Shown: positions 19,815 through 28,741 of the stretch, one piece after another | Layout of the letters: the number at the start of each line of letters is the position of its first letter | Position numbering within the stretch: position 1 is the first letter of the stretch | Source: Candidatus Wolfebacteria bacterium RIFOXYD12_FULL_48_21 | GTDB taxonomy: Bacteria > Patescibacteriota > Minisyncoccia > UBA6257 > UBA9933 | Direction of reading: 5' to 3' | DNA: 64,000 bases | Assembly (NCBI GenBank): GCA_001793945.1 | Contig: MGIW01000005.1 | Coordinates: 57,923-121,922 of the forward strand | Notes under the pieces: model-generated | What the model was told of the DNA's origin: nothing | The model's database searches: none | What the model saw: the letters and a program-made list of their open reading frames with translations, nothing else | Position numbers and translations under genes: made by a program

Positions 19815-20876
19815 ATGAAAACAAAAATAATAGCGACCATCGGACCAAAATCCGAGTCATACGAAGAATTGAAGGCCATGACCGAGGCCGGGTTGAACAT
19901 AGCGCGTATGAACTTCTCGCATTGCACAGTTGAAGAATATCAGCTAAGAAAGGCGAACATCGAACGCATAAACAAGGAGTTGGGGACATCCGTCGAGATT
20001 CTGCAGGACCTGCAAGGCCCGCGGATCCGTGTAGGAAAGCTGCCGACGGAAGGTGTAGAACTCGAAGAGGGCAAAACATATGTTTTTTCATATGAGCAAA
20101 AGGAGTATGAACCGGGAGGAGTGATACCGATCGGCGATCCGTATTTGCATGTCGATGTGAAGGTCGGTGAACCGTTCTATTTGGCGAACGGAGATATGGA
20201 GCTGGTTATTACGGATGTGCAGGGATCGCAGATCTATGCAAAGGTGGTAACCGAGGGTACATTGTTTTCGCGCAAGGCAATCAATGTGCCGCGCACGAAT
20301 TTGACATGCGGAGGCGTGACCGAAAAGGACATCGAGGACGCGAAGTTCGGCGTGGTGCAGGGAGCTGATTATATCGCATTGTCGTTCGTGCAATCTGCGG
20401 ATGATATTATAAAACTGCGAAGCGTATTTCCGGATAAAAAGATCAAGATCATAGCCAAGATCGAACGCGCATTGGCGCTCGACAACATAGACGCGATCAT
20501 AGAAGAATCGGACGGTATTATGATCGCCCGCGGAGATCTTGGCATAGAGATCCCTATGGAAGACCTGCCGATCATTCAAAAGAACCTCATACGGCATGCG
20601 CACTGGCACAACAAGCCGGCGATTGTCGCGACGCAGATGATGATGTCGATGGTAGACCACGAGCATCCGTCGCGCGCCGAAGTGAGCGATGTGGCTAATG
20701 CCGTGTTTGAGGGAGGGGATGCGGTCATGTTGTCCGACGAAACAGCGGCAGGAAAGCACCCGGCAAAGGCGGTCGCCATGATGGTAAAGATCGTAAAGCG
20801 TACGGAAGATTACACAAAGCGGGAAAGCTTCTTTGAAATGGAAACCCTCGGGGAATACAAAAAGGCGAAGAAATAA
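19815..20876 (+). CDS. pyk: Pyruvate kinase, short form lacking the C-terminal domain
   Basis: KTKIIATIGP, ARMNFSH, DLQGPRIR, IIAKIE, ARGDLGIE, ATQMM, MLSDETA. Confidence 0.95.
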   Translation: MKTKIIATIGPKSESYEELKAMTEAGLNIARMNFSHCTVEEYQLRKANIERINKELGTSVEILQDLQGPRIRVGKLPTEGVELEEGKTYVFSYEQKEYEPGGVIPIGDPYLHVDVKVGEPFYLANGDMELVITDVQGSQIYAKVVTEGTLFSRKAINVPRTNLTCGGVTEKDIEDAKFGVVQGADYIALSFVQSADDIIKLRSVFPDKKIKIIAKIERALALDNIDAIIEESDGIMIARGDLGIEIPMEDLPIIQKNLIRHAHWHNKPAIVATQMMMSMVDHEHPSRAEVSDVANAVFEGGDAVMLSDETAAGKHPAKAVAMMVKIVKRTEDYTKRESFFEMETLGEYKKAKK

Positions 20877-20908
20877 TTTGAAATTAAAAATTTTAAATTT
20901 AAAATTCC

Positions 20909-20948
20909 AAAAAGAAAAGTACCGCTTATAAGCGGTACTTTTCTTTTT
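20909..20948. terminator. Bidirectional intrinsic terminator
   Basis: AAAAGAAAAGTACCGC-TTATAA-GCGGTACTTTTCTTTT inverted repeat. Confidence 0.8.
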
Positions 20949-21270
20949 GGTGCGCATAGACGGTAAAACATCGAACCGCCTAAAAGCATACCTTGCACGC
21001 TTCTGGGAATTTTATCAATCAAGCCCCGGCCTACAAAGAGCCCTTGCAAATGCTTAATTTCGCATTGATTAGGCACTCTGCCTTACCACATAGCATATAT
21101 CTAAATAGAGTAGATAATTGGGTATAGGTATGGAGAACTATTTTTAGTTATTGATTCGTAGTGGTATACTTACTGCAATGGCGATATATGAGTCGCATCG
21201 AAACCTCACTTTTAAAAATCCTCATTTAAATCCTTAGACAGAAGTCTGTGGAAATTTATATAAAATCAAA

Positions 21271-22293
21271 ATGAATAAAAAATCATTATATTTTATTGTA
21301 ATAGCAATCATTGCCCTTGTTATTGCCTGGTATGGGTATGGGTATTGGAAATCTACTACTACTACTACTACTACTACTCAAGAGAAGATTGTTATTGGAC
21401 GTGTTGATTGGCCGGGATACCTCGGGCTGATCATTGCAGATAAGAAGGGGTATTTCAGAGATGAGGGGCTCGATGTGGAGGTGCGACGCTATCCGGGATT
21501 GACGGAGCTCTTGCGGGGCTATCGATCTGGCGAGATTCAAGGGAAATTCAATCCTACATTCGATTGCGTTACCGATGCATATGAAGGGATTGATAACATG
21601 GCGGTCATTGCGATTGATCAGAGCAATGGGGCCGACGGGATCATCGCCAGGCCCGGTATCTCCTCGATACGGAATTTGAAGGGGAAAAAGGTGGGTGTTG
21701 AGCGCGGGACTATTGAGGAATTCTTCCTTCGGTATGCCTTGGACCGGTATGATATGAAATTCGAAGATATCATACCGGTCAATCTGACCGCTGAGCAAGC
21801 GGCGGATGCAGTCGTTGCCGGTGATGTCGATTCCTCGGTCACGTATGAACCGTACATGACGAAGGCGATCAAAAAGAGCGGAGGAACGTTATTGTTTTCT
21901 TCTGCGGATGCGTTAGGAGTGGTGGTAGACGTGCTTACAATGAGGGCCGATTTTATCGATCAATATCCCGATAAGGTGCAGGCCATTGTTAGGGCCTATT
22001 TTCGTGCCATTGATTTTTGGAAAGCGAATCCCATGGAGGCAAATGATATTGTCGCGAAAGAGCTTGGGTCTTCTCCGGAAGACATCCTGGCGCAACTCAA
22101 GGGCATTTCCGTGCTTGATGCGACCGATAATCGAACCGCATTTACGTTTGCGCCCGGGTCTCAGTCGCTGTATGGAAATATGCGGGCGGTCGACAATTTC
22201 ATCAAACTGTCAGGCAAATCATCGAAGACGGTCGATACCGATGCCATGGTTGAACCACGATTTATTCGCGATCTATTCCGATCCAATCAGTAG
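21271..22293 (+). CDS. Substrate-binding protein, NMT1/SsuA (NitT/TauT) family
   Basis: DWPGY, IADKKGYFRDEGLDV, DQSNGADGI, LKGKKVG, TYEPY; N-terminal TM anchor. Confidence 0.88.
   Translation: MNKKSLYFIVIAIIALVIAWYGYGYWKSTTTTTTTTQEKIVIGRVDWPGYLGLIIADKKGYFRDEGLDVEVRRYPGLTELLRGYRSGEIQGKFNPTFDCVTDAYEGIDNMAVIAIDQSNGADGIIARPGISSIRNLKGKKVGVERGTIEEFFLRYALDRYDMKFEDIIPVNLTAEQAADAVVAGDVDSSVTYEPYMTKAIKKSGGTLLFSSADALGVVVDVLTMRADFIDQYPDKVQAIVRAYFRAIDFWKANPMEANDIVAKELGSSPEDILAQLKGISVLDATDNRTAFTFAPGSQSLYGNMRAVDNFIKLSGKSSKTVDTDAMVEPRFIRDLFRSNQ
21355..21378 (+). repeat. (ACT)8 microsatellite encoding a poly-Thr linker
   Basis: Perfect trinucleotide run directly after the TM anchor. Confidence 0.9.
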
Positions 22294-22309
22294 ATTGCGT
22301 TGCTATTTT

Positions 22310-24493
22310 ATGAAATTAACAACAAAAGTTGCGCTTATCTTTGGCGGGGGTGCTACCGTAATGATTATGGTCACTTCGTTTTTAATCTTTACTTCAACTC
22401 GCTCGATTCTGAAAAAAAATATCAGCGCTCAGCAAACCATATCCGCCGTTGAGACGATCGACAAGATAGACCGTATATTCAATAATTATCTGCTGACCTT
22501 GCAGACTATGGGAGAAGAGGAGGATCTCGAGCGTTTCTTAGGTGGCGAAAAAAATATTCAACCAGAAATCAATCGGCGCATGCGAGAGCTTACCTTTTTG
22601 ACCGGGCCATGGGATATTCTTTTTGTGGTGGATAGAAACGGTACAATAATTCTTTCGACACGTGCCGATGAGGTCGGTAAATCGATCAAGCAAGAGCCCG
22701 TTAGTAATATCGCGTATGAAAAGGCGCTTGAAGGAGGGACATATTATTCCGGCATGGTCACATCTGAAGATGCTGGGAAGCCGACGGTTATTTTCGCCGC
22801 TCCGATTAAGCAAGAATCAGGTAAAAGGATTGTAGAAGGCGTTATTATAGGGAATATGTCATGGCCGGTCATTTCCGAGGCGTTGCATACCGTTAGTATA
22901 TCGGCTGAGCTTGATCTGTATGACGCCCAAAGCGTGCTCATCGCTACCAATCGGGATGATCCTGCGAATTTATTTACTCGCGATCAAACCGTTGAAAATG
23001 ATAGGCAGAGATATAGGGGGAAACAAAATTCATTTACGACCATCGGAGAGCATGCAGGAGATACCGAGCCATATTTAATAACACATGCCCCCTCATTGGG
23101 TTTCTTGTCGTATAAGGGCAATGGGTGGCTTTTAATTGCCAAAGCGCCAACCAGGGTCGTTTTTGGTCCCGCAACGAGCATTGCATTGAGAACAACTGCA
23201 TTTATGGTGTTGCTCATTATACTAATGATTGGGCTTGTTTCATTTCTTTTTATAAAAATATTTGTGCGCCCTGTCGTCGCAATGACGAATACGGCAGCCG
23301 CCATTGCGAAAGGAGATCTTACGAAGCGCGTTGTCGGGTTGTCGAACGATGAAATAGGTACGCTGGGAAACGAGTTCAATGTGATGACCGAAACATTGAT
23401 CAAAGATGCTGCGCAGATCAGTAGTATATCCGAAGAGTTACGGAAGGAGTTGAATAAAAGCAAAGCACTTATGGAGAGTATTGGCGACGGTGTTGTGGCA
23501 ATCGATCGGGCATGGAATATTGTATTATGGAATAAGACCGCAACGGCAATTTCTGGATGGTCTCAGGGAGAGGCCTTGGGTAAGCCATTCCGCGATGTTG
23601 TAAAATTTATTCGTGAACGCGATCGGGAAGAAAATATTATGTTTATTGAAGAGGCAATGCTGCATAGTAAACCTTTTTCAATGGAAGGTGATACTATTTT
23701 GATAAAAAAGGATGGCAGTGAAATACCGATCAGCGACAGTGCCGCACCGATTATTGAACATGATGGTGTGGTGTCCGGAGCGATCATCATATTCCGGGAT
23801 GCTTCACAGGAGAGGGAGGCACATCGCCTTCATTCCGATTTCGCCTATGCTTCGCATCAAATCCGCACTCCGGTTGCCAAAGCGTTGTGGATGTTGGAAT
23901 CTGCGTTAGATAAAGAAAACGTGCAAGACATTAAGGGGCAGGTGGGTAAAGCATATCAAGCGATCCAGAGCGTAAATAAGTTAAGCGAAGAGCTTATCGA
24001 AGTTTCACGGATAGATCAAAAACAAGTGGCTGTTGAAAAAGACGATGTCGGACTTGGTGATATACTGAGTGGTATCATTAAGGACATGGCTATTAAGGCG
24101 AAGGATAAAGATGTAGCTCTTGAGATCCATAGTATTCCTGAGTCCATGAGAATTACTACAAGCCCTGCATTATTAAAAAAGATACTGCAGGCGCTCATTG
24201 AAAACGCGATTATTTACTGCAAGGAAAAAAGTACGGTTGATATCAATGCAATTATTGATAATAAGGAGTTGTTGATACAGGTGAGTAATATTGGCTTTGG
24301 TATCTTGGGCGAAGATCAGCCCGCCGTCTTTACCAAGTTTTTTAGAGGAAAAAATATTGATACCACGGCAATCGCTGGTGCCGGATTGGGTCTCTATATC
24401 GCAAGAGGATATGCGAAAATTTTAGGCGGTAGAATATGGTTTGATTCGAAAGGAGATAAGATAACATTCTATGTTTCTCTGCCAATCGCATAA
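22310..24493 (+). CDS. Sensor histidine kinase (Cache-like periplasmic, HAMP, PAS, HisKA, HATPase)
   Basis: Two TMs, DEIGTLGNEFNVM (HAMP), SIGDGVVAID (PAS), ASHQIRTP H-box, ENAIIY, GAGLGL; start at ATG 22310. Confidence 0.9.
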   Translation: MKLTTKVALIFGGGATVMIMVTSFLIFTSTRSILKKNISAQQTISAVETIDKIDRIFNNYLLTLQTMGEEEDLERFLGGEKNIQPEINRRMRELTFLTGPWDILFVVDRNGTIILSTRADEVGKSIKQEPVSNIAYEKALEGGTYYSGMVTSEDAGKPTVIFAAPIKQESGKRIVEGVIIGNMSWPVISEALHTVSISAELDLYDAQSVLIATNRDDPANLFTRDQTVENDRQRYRGKQNSFTTIGEHAGDTEPYLITHAPSLGFLSYKGNGWLLIAKAPTRVVFGPATSIALRTTAFMVLLIILMIGLVSFLFIKIFVRPVVAMTNTAAAIAKGDLTKRVVGLSNDEIGTLGNEFNVMTETLIKDAAQISSISEELRKELNKSKALMESIGDGVVAIDRAWNIVLWNKTATAISGWSQGEALGKPFRDVVKFIRERDREENIMFIEEAMLHSKPFSMEGDTILIKKDGSEIPISDSAAPIIEHDGVVSGAIIIFRDASQEREAHRLHSDFAYASHQIRTPVAKALWMLESALDKENVQDIKGQVGKAYQAIQSVNKLSEELIEVSRIDQKQVAVEKDDVGLGDILSGIIKDMAIKAKDKDVALEIHSIPESMRITTSPALLKKILQALIENAIIYCKEKSTVDINAIIDNKELLIQVSNIGFGILGEDQPAVFTKFFRGKNIDTTAIAGAGLGLYIARGYAKILGGRIWFDSKGDKITFYVSLPIA

Positions 24494-24542
24494 AAACACA
24501 CAGTACAAAAACCACCGCATCTGCGGTGGTTTTTGTTTTTTG

Positions 24543-24615
24543 TGCACCCCCTGGGAATCGAACCCAGAACCTTGGGCTTAAGAGGCCCCTGCTCTACCAA
24601 TTGAGCTAGAGGTGC
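24543..24615 (-). tRNA. tRNA-Lys(CTT)
   Basis: GCACCTC/GGGGTGC acceptor, anticodon loop CTCTTAA, GGTTCGATTCC. Confidence 0.93.
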
Positions 24616-24735
24616 GCAATTAACTGATAACTTATAACCTTTAACCTTTAACCTTTAACGCATACATTATAACAACCAGAATGTATTTGCAACTTTGTTA
24701 TAAGTTACTCGTTATTGGTTATTAGTCAAAGGATG

Positions 24736-24809
24736 TGCCCCCGGATGGATTTGAACCATCGACACACTGCTTAAAAGGCAGGTGCTCTACCAGGCTGAGC
24801 TACAGGGGC
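24736..24809 (-). tRNA. tRNA-Lys(TTT)
   Basis: GCCCCTG/CGGGGGC acceptor, CTGC-CTTTTAA-GCAG, GGTTCAAATCC. Confidence 0.93.
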
Positions 24810-24923
24810 GTATAGGTAACTTACAACAAATAACATATGACCTATAACAGATACTTTATAATAATCAGTGTCTGTTTGCAACCTTTGTTATTAGTCATGT
24901 GTTATTGGTTATTAGTCAAAGGA

Positions 24924-25085
24924 TGTGCACCCGGAGGGACTCGCCCGCGACTCCATTATGCGTCGTCGCGCGTAATGGGTCTGGGCACCGACTCGCGTGT
25001 GCCATCTGATGGTGCTCCGCCAACTGGCGGATCCGTCGTTCGAGTCCCTCGCGTGGGCAAAGCAGTTTGCCCACTCGGGTACACA
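24924..25085. repeat. Structured element bounded by inverted copies of the tRNA-Arg 3' end
   Basis: TGTGCACCCGGAGGGACTCG at 24924 and GTTCGAGTCCCTC..CGGGTACACA near 25038-25085; internal TCCGCCAACTGGCGGA palindrome. Confidence 0.8.
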
Positions 25086-25105
25086 AAAAATAATTGTATT
25101 TTTTG

Positions 25106-25179
25106 TGCACCCGGAGGGATTCGAACCCCCAACCGACTGCTTCGAAGGCAGCTACTCTATCCAATTGAGCTACGGGTGC
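25106..25179 (-). tRNA. tRNA-Arg(TCG)
   Basis: GCACCCG/CGGGTGC acceptor, GCTGC-CTTCGAA-GCAGT, GGTTCGAATCC. Confidence 0.95.
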
Positions 25180-25386
25180 ATTGTTTTAAGTTTTCCGTTC
25201 GTATAGTGTATAATGGAAATCAACAAAAGACAAGATTCGTCAAGGAAATACAAGCTCTATGTTGTCATTCCGAGTGGAGCGGTACTCCGTGGAGTCGAGG
25301 AATCTGCCGTATAACATCAGATCCCTCTCCGCCGGCTGGCGGATCGGGATGACAATGCAAAGGGCTCGGGATGACAATGCAAATTC

Positions 25387-26859
25387 ATGCGGAAAAAGGA
25401 AACAAAACAGTTCGAAATACCCAAAGAAGCGCGCGCCATTTGCGCGGTCTTGAAATTGGCAGGGCATGAGGCATATTTGGTCGGCGGGTGCGTACGCGAT
25501 ATGATCGCGGGCATCGAGCCGAAGGATTGGGATATAACCACAAGCGCCCGCCCGGAACAAATACAGGAATTGTTTCCGGAGCATGTATATGAAAACAATT
25601 TTGGAACGGTCGCGGTAAAAACGGAAAGCGAAGATCCGAAGCTTAAGATCGTCGAGGTAACGACATTTCGTATCGAAGGAAAATATTCCGACAAGCGGCA
25701 CCCGGACGAAGTGAAGTTTGCAGACAAGGTGGAAGACGACCTCTCTCGCCGCGATTTTACCGTGAATGCCATGGCGTATGATATAGATGCAAATGAAGTC
25801 ATTGATCCGTATGGTGGCCGTGAAGATTTGGACGCCAAGGTGTTACGGACGGTCGGCGATCCGAACAAGCGTTTTGAGGAAGATGCGCTTCGTCTGATGC
25901 GCGCCGTGCGCTTTGCTGCGGAGTTTGGTTTTACGATTGAGGAATATACCGAGCAGGCATTGCAGAAAAATGCAGGCTTGTTGGAAATGATCGCCAAGGA
26001 GCGTATTCGTGACGAATTTATCAAGATCATTATAACCGCAAAGGCAGTGGAGGGAGTGGAGGAGTTGGAACGCACGGGGTTGTTGCGTTTTGTTATGCCG
26101 GAACTGCGCGACGGCATCGGCGTGGGGCAGAACGAGCACCATATCTATTCCGTGTGGGAACACAATCTTAAATCGCTCGAATACGCGGTAAAAAAGGACT
26201 ATGCGTTGGAGATACGACTTGCCGCGCTGTTGCACGATGTGGGAAAGCCGCGCACAAAAGCGGGCAACGGAAAAACATCGACATTTTATAACCATGAAAT
26301 GGCTGGCGCGCGCATTGCGGCGCGCATGCTGGATCGTTTGCATGTGCCGAAGCATATTGCCGAATCCATCATCCACCTTATTCGTTACCACATGTTTTAT
26401 TACAATGTGGGCGAAGTAAGCGCAGCAGGCGTGCGACGGTTTTTGGCGCGGGTCGGTCCCGAGTCGATCGATGACCTGATCAAAGTGCGCGAGGCGGACC
26501 GCATCGGTTCCGGCGTGCCCAAGGCGGTGCCGTACAAACTGCGTCACTTGCTGTTTATGATAGAAAAGGTAAAACGCGACCCTATTTCCCCGAAGATGCT
26601 CAAGATCAACGGAGAAGAGATCATGGAGTTGCTTGCCATCAAGCCGGGTCCGAAAGTGGGAAAGATACTTGCGGTATTGCTCGAAGAGGTTATCGAGGAT
26701 CCGTTCAAAAACGAACAGGTGCTATTGAAGCGTCGCGTTGAACAGCTAAACGAAATGGAAGAAGAAGAGCTTGCCGCCATGGTAAAAAAGGCAAAAGAAA
26801 CTAAGGACGAATTCGAAGAAGGTGTTGAGCAGAGCATGAAAAAACAGTTTCATGTGTGA
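25387..26859 (+). CDS. cca: CCA tRNA nucleotidyltransferase (PolyA_pol family) with HD domain
   Basis: YLVGGCVRD, KDWDITT, DLSRRDFTVNAMA, RFEEDALRLMRAVRF, LLHDVGKP. Confidence 0.92.
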   Translation: MRKKETKQFEIPKEARAICAVLKLAGHEAYLVGGCVRDMIAGIEPKDWDITTSARPEQIQELFPEHVYENNFGTVAVKTESEDPKLKIVEVTTFRIEGKYSDKRHPDEVKFADKVEDDLSRRDFTVNAMAYDIDANEVIDPYGGREDLDAKVLRTVGDPNKRFEEDALRLMRAVRFAAEFGFTIEEYTEQALQKNAGLLEMIAKERIRDEFIKIIITAKAVEGVEELERTGLLRFVMPELRDGIGVGQNEHHIYSVWEHNLKSLEYAVKKDYALEIRLAALLHDVGKPRTKAGNGKTSTFYNHEMAGARIAARMLDRLHVPKHIAESIIHLIRYHMFYYNVGEVSAAGVRRFLARVGPESIDDLIKVREADRIGSGVPKAVPYKLRHLLFMIEKVKRDPISPKMLKINGEEIMELLAIKPGPKVGKILAVLLEEVIEDPFKNEQVLLKRRVEQLNEMEEEELAAMVKKAKETKDEFEEGVEQSMKKQFHV

Positions 26860-26938
26860 AGATTGACAGATTGCATAAAATAGTGCTATATAAAAATAGG
26901 ACTATTTAGGATAAAATTTTGAAAAAAGGAGATGCGCA

Positions 26939-27103
26939 ATGGAGAAGTGGGAATATCGCGTGATTTGGATTGAAACAGGGTATGATAGGAGTGGGGCAGA
27001 AATAATACTTAACGAGCTCGGAGAGGAAGGCTGGGAGGTGTGTGCGGCGATAGCGGATGAAAATGGTACTGGTGGCGTTATCCTGAAAAGAAAAAAAAGA
27101 TAA
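26939..27103 (+). CDS. Small DUF4177-like protein (54 aa, not in the ORF track)
   Basis: MEKWEYRVI..LNELGEEGWEV..ILKR pattern; AAGGAG SD and TTGACA promoter upstream; terminator downstream. Confidence 0.8.
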   Translation: MEKWEYRVIWIETGYDRSGAEIILNELGEEGWEVCAAIADENGTGGVILKRKKR

Positions 27104-27200
27104 ACGCACTTTATAAGCGGCATACCACAGAAGCGGGAATAACGACCCCGCTTTTTTTTGTACAACAAAAATCGCCTGGAAAGGCGACTTTTGTTACTAC

Positions 27201-27274
27201 TGGTCGGGGTGCCGGGAATTGAACCCGGATCTTACACACCCGAAGCGCATATACTACCGTTGTACTACACCCCG
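27201..27274 (-). tRNA. tRNA-Pro(CGG), CCA encoded
   Basis: CGGGGTG/CACCCCG acceptor, TGCGC-TTCGGGT-GTGTA, GGTTCAATTCC. Confidence 0.93.
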
Positions 27275-27447
27275 TTCGGATATGTGTTATATAGTAGCCG
27301 TATTTTGCAAAGAACGCAAGAAATCGTGGCGCAGAGCAAGAAAGTTTGACAAAACAAAAAGAAAGTGTTTACATGGGGACAGTAATTTACGAACTGGATA
27401 TAAAAGGTTTTTAACTATAGATCTGCCATGGCGCAAGGAGGAAACGA

Positions 27448-28686
27448 ATGAGCATGCTCGTATTGGAGGAAGATAGCTGGATCAAGCTATTTCCGGATGA
27501 AGGCCGACCGGCATTGCCGAAAGGACTGGTAAAGCCGAGAAATGGAGAAAAAACAACGAGGCAAGCAGAGCTACGGAACGGAAAGAAAGCAGTTTCTGTA
27601 TGTGCGATAGTCGCGCCGGTCGCATCAACACCCAAAGAAGAGCCGACTGGAGAGGATCTCGCGGCGATAGAACTGGATGATATGGGCGAAGACCCGGACG
27701 GGTTCGAAGAATTGAGCGAAGAAGACGGCGAAGAGCTGGAAGTAGCCAAGGTGTCTGCTTCGACCCAAGACCCGTTGCAGTATTACTTGCATGAGCTCAG
27801 GAACTATCCGTTGCTAACCCCACCGGAAGAATTCGCGCTTGCCTTAAAAAAGGAGGCAGGGTGTGCGGCGAGTAAAAAACAACTAGTCGAACGCAACTTG
27901 CGGCTCGTGATCATGATCGCCAAACGGTACCTGTATCGGGGGCTTCCATTGGAAGACCTCATACAAGAGGGAAATGCGGGGCTCATGCGTGCTGCTGAAA
28001 AATTCAGCACGAGCTTCGACTGCAAGTTCGCTACCTATGCGACATGGTGGATTCACCAGGCGATCAAAATTGCGCTGAAGAACAAGACGAGGCCCATTCG
28101 TTTGCCGGCGCATGTCGAAGAACTGTTGTCGTGGCGCATGAAAGCAACCGCTTCGCTCATAGAAAAGCTGGGCCGCAAGCCGGATACCGAGGAGATGATT
28201 GAAGAGATCACTCAACTGATCTTCAAGAACTCTTCGATATACGCTGAAGCTCGAAAGACCGCGTTCTTCACCGACATAGCGATAAAGAGGCTTCGCGCCT
28301 CTGTCCGCCGCATGGAAAGGGCATATGCGCAGACAAAAATGTATTCGCTCGATACCGAGGTAGGGGAAGATGGAACGACGATGATAGACTTTGTCGCCAG
28401 TAGCAAGCCAAACCCCGAAGATATCCTCGGCACCGAAGAAATAAACCGGAAACTGGTGGAGCCTGCGCTTGCAATCCTTACGGAACAACAGCGACACATC
28501 ATGCGTCAGCGGTTCGGGTTCGACGGCGAAGAAAAAACGCTCGAAGAACTCGGCGAGGTTTATGGAGTGACACGGGAACGTATCCGACAGATCGAGTTGA
28601 TAGCGATGAGGCGGCTGTGCCTCTATTTCCAGAGGGAAAAGCGGATAGGAATGGAGGCAATGGAAGCAATGCAGGGTGCGCGGTAG
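27448..28686 (+). CDS. Divergent RpoD/RpoS-like sigma-70 factor
   Basis: DPLQYYLHEL (1.2), NLRLVIMIAKRY, DLIQEGNAGLMRA, FATYATWWI, KTLEELGEVYGVTRERIRQIE (4.2). Confidence 0.9.
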   Translation: MSMLVLEEDSWIKLFPDEGRPALPKGLVKPRNGEKTTRQAELRNGKKAVSVCAIVAPVASTPKEEPTGEDLAAIELDDMGEDPDGFEELSEEDGEELEVAKVSASTQDPLQYYLHELRNYPLLTPPEEFALALKKEAGCAASKKQLVERNLRLVIMIAKRYLYRGLPLEDLIQEGNAGLMRAAEKFSTSFDCKFATYATWWIHQAIKIALKNKTRPIRLPAHVEELLSWRMKATASLIEKLGRKPDTEEMIEEITQLIFKNSSIYAEARKTAFFTDIAIKRLRASVRRMERAYAQTKMYSLDTEVGEDGTTMIDFVASSKPNPEDILGTEEINRKLVEPALAILTEQQRHIMRQRFGFDGEEKTLEELGEVYGVTRERIRQIELIAMRRLCLYFQREKRIGMEAMEAMQGAR

Positions 28687-28741
28687 CGCACCCTGTTTTT
28701 TTATTCCCCTTGGGTCTCGGAGTGTGTATAATGGAGGAGAT

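Noticed and set aside
21986-22309. N-terminal extension of the histidine kinase
   Set aside because: Overlaps the binding-protein gene out of frame; ATG 22310 precedes the first TM
24616-24920. Repeats between tRNAs as a CRISPR array
   Set aside because: Units are degenerate 7-mers with no constant 25-40 nt repeat and unique spacers; no cas genes
24837-25352. 171-aa ORF and overlapping short ORFs
   Set aside because: They run across tRNA-Arg and palindromic repeats; no protein-like features
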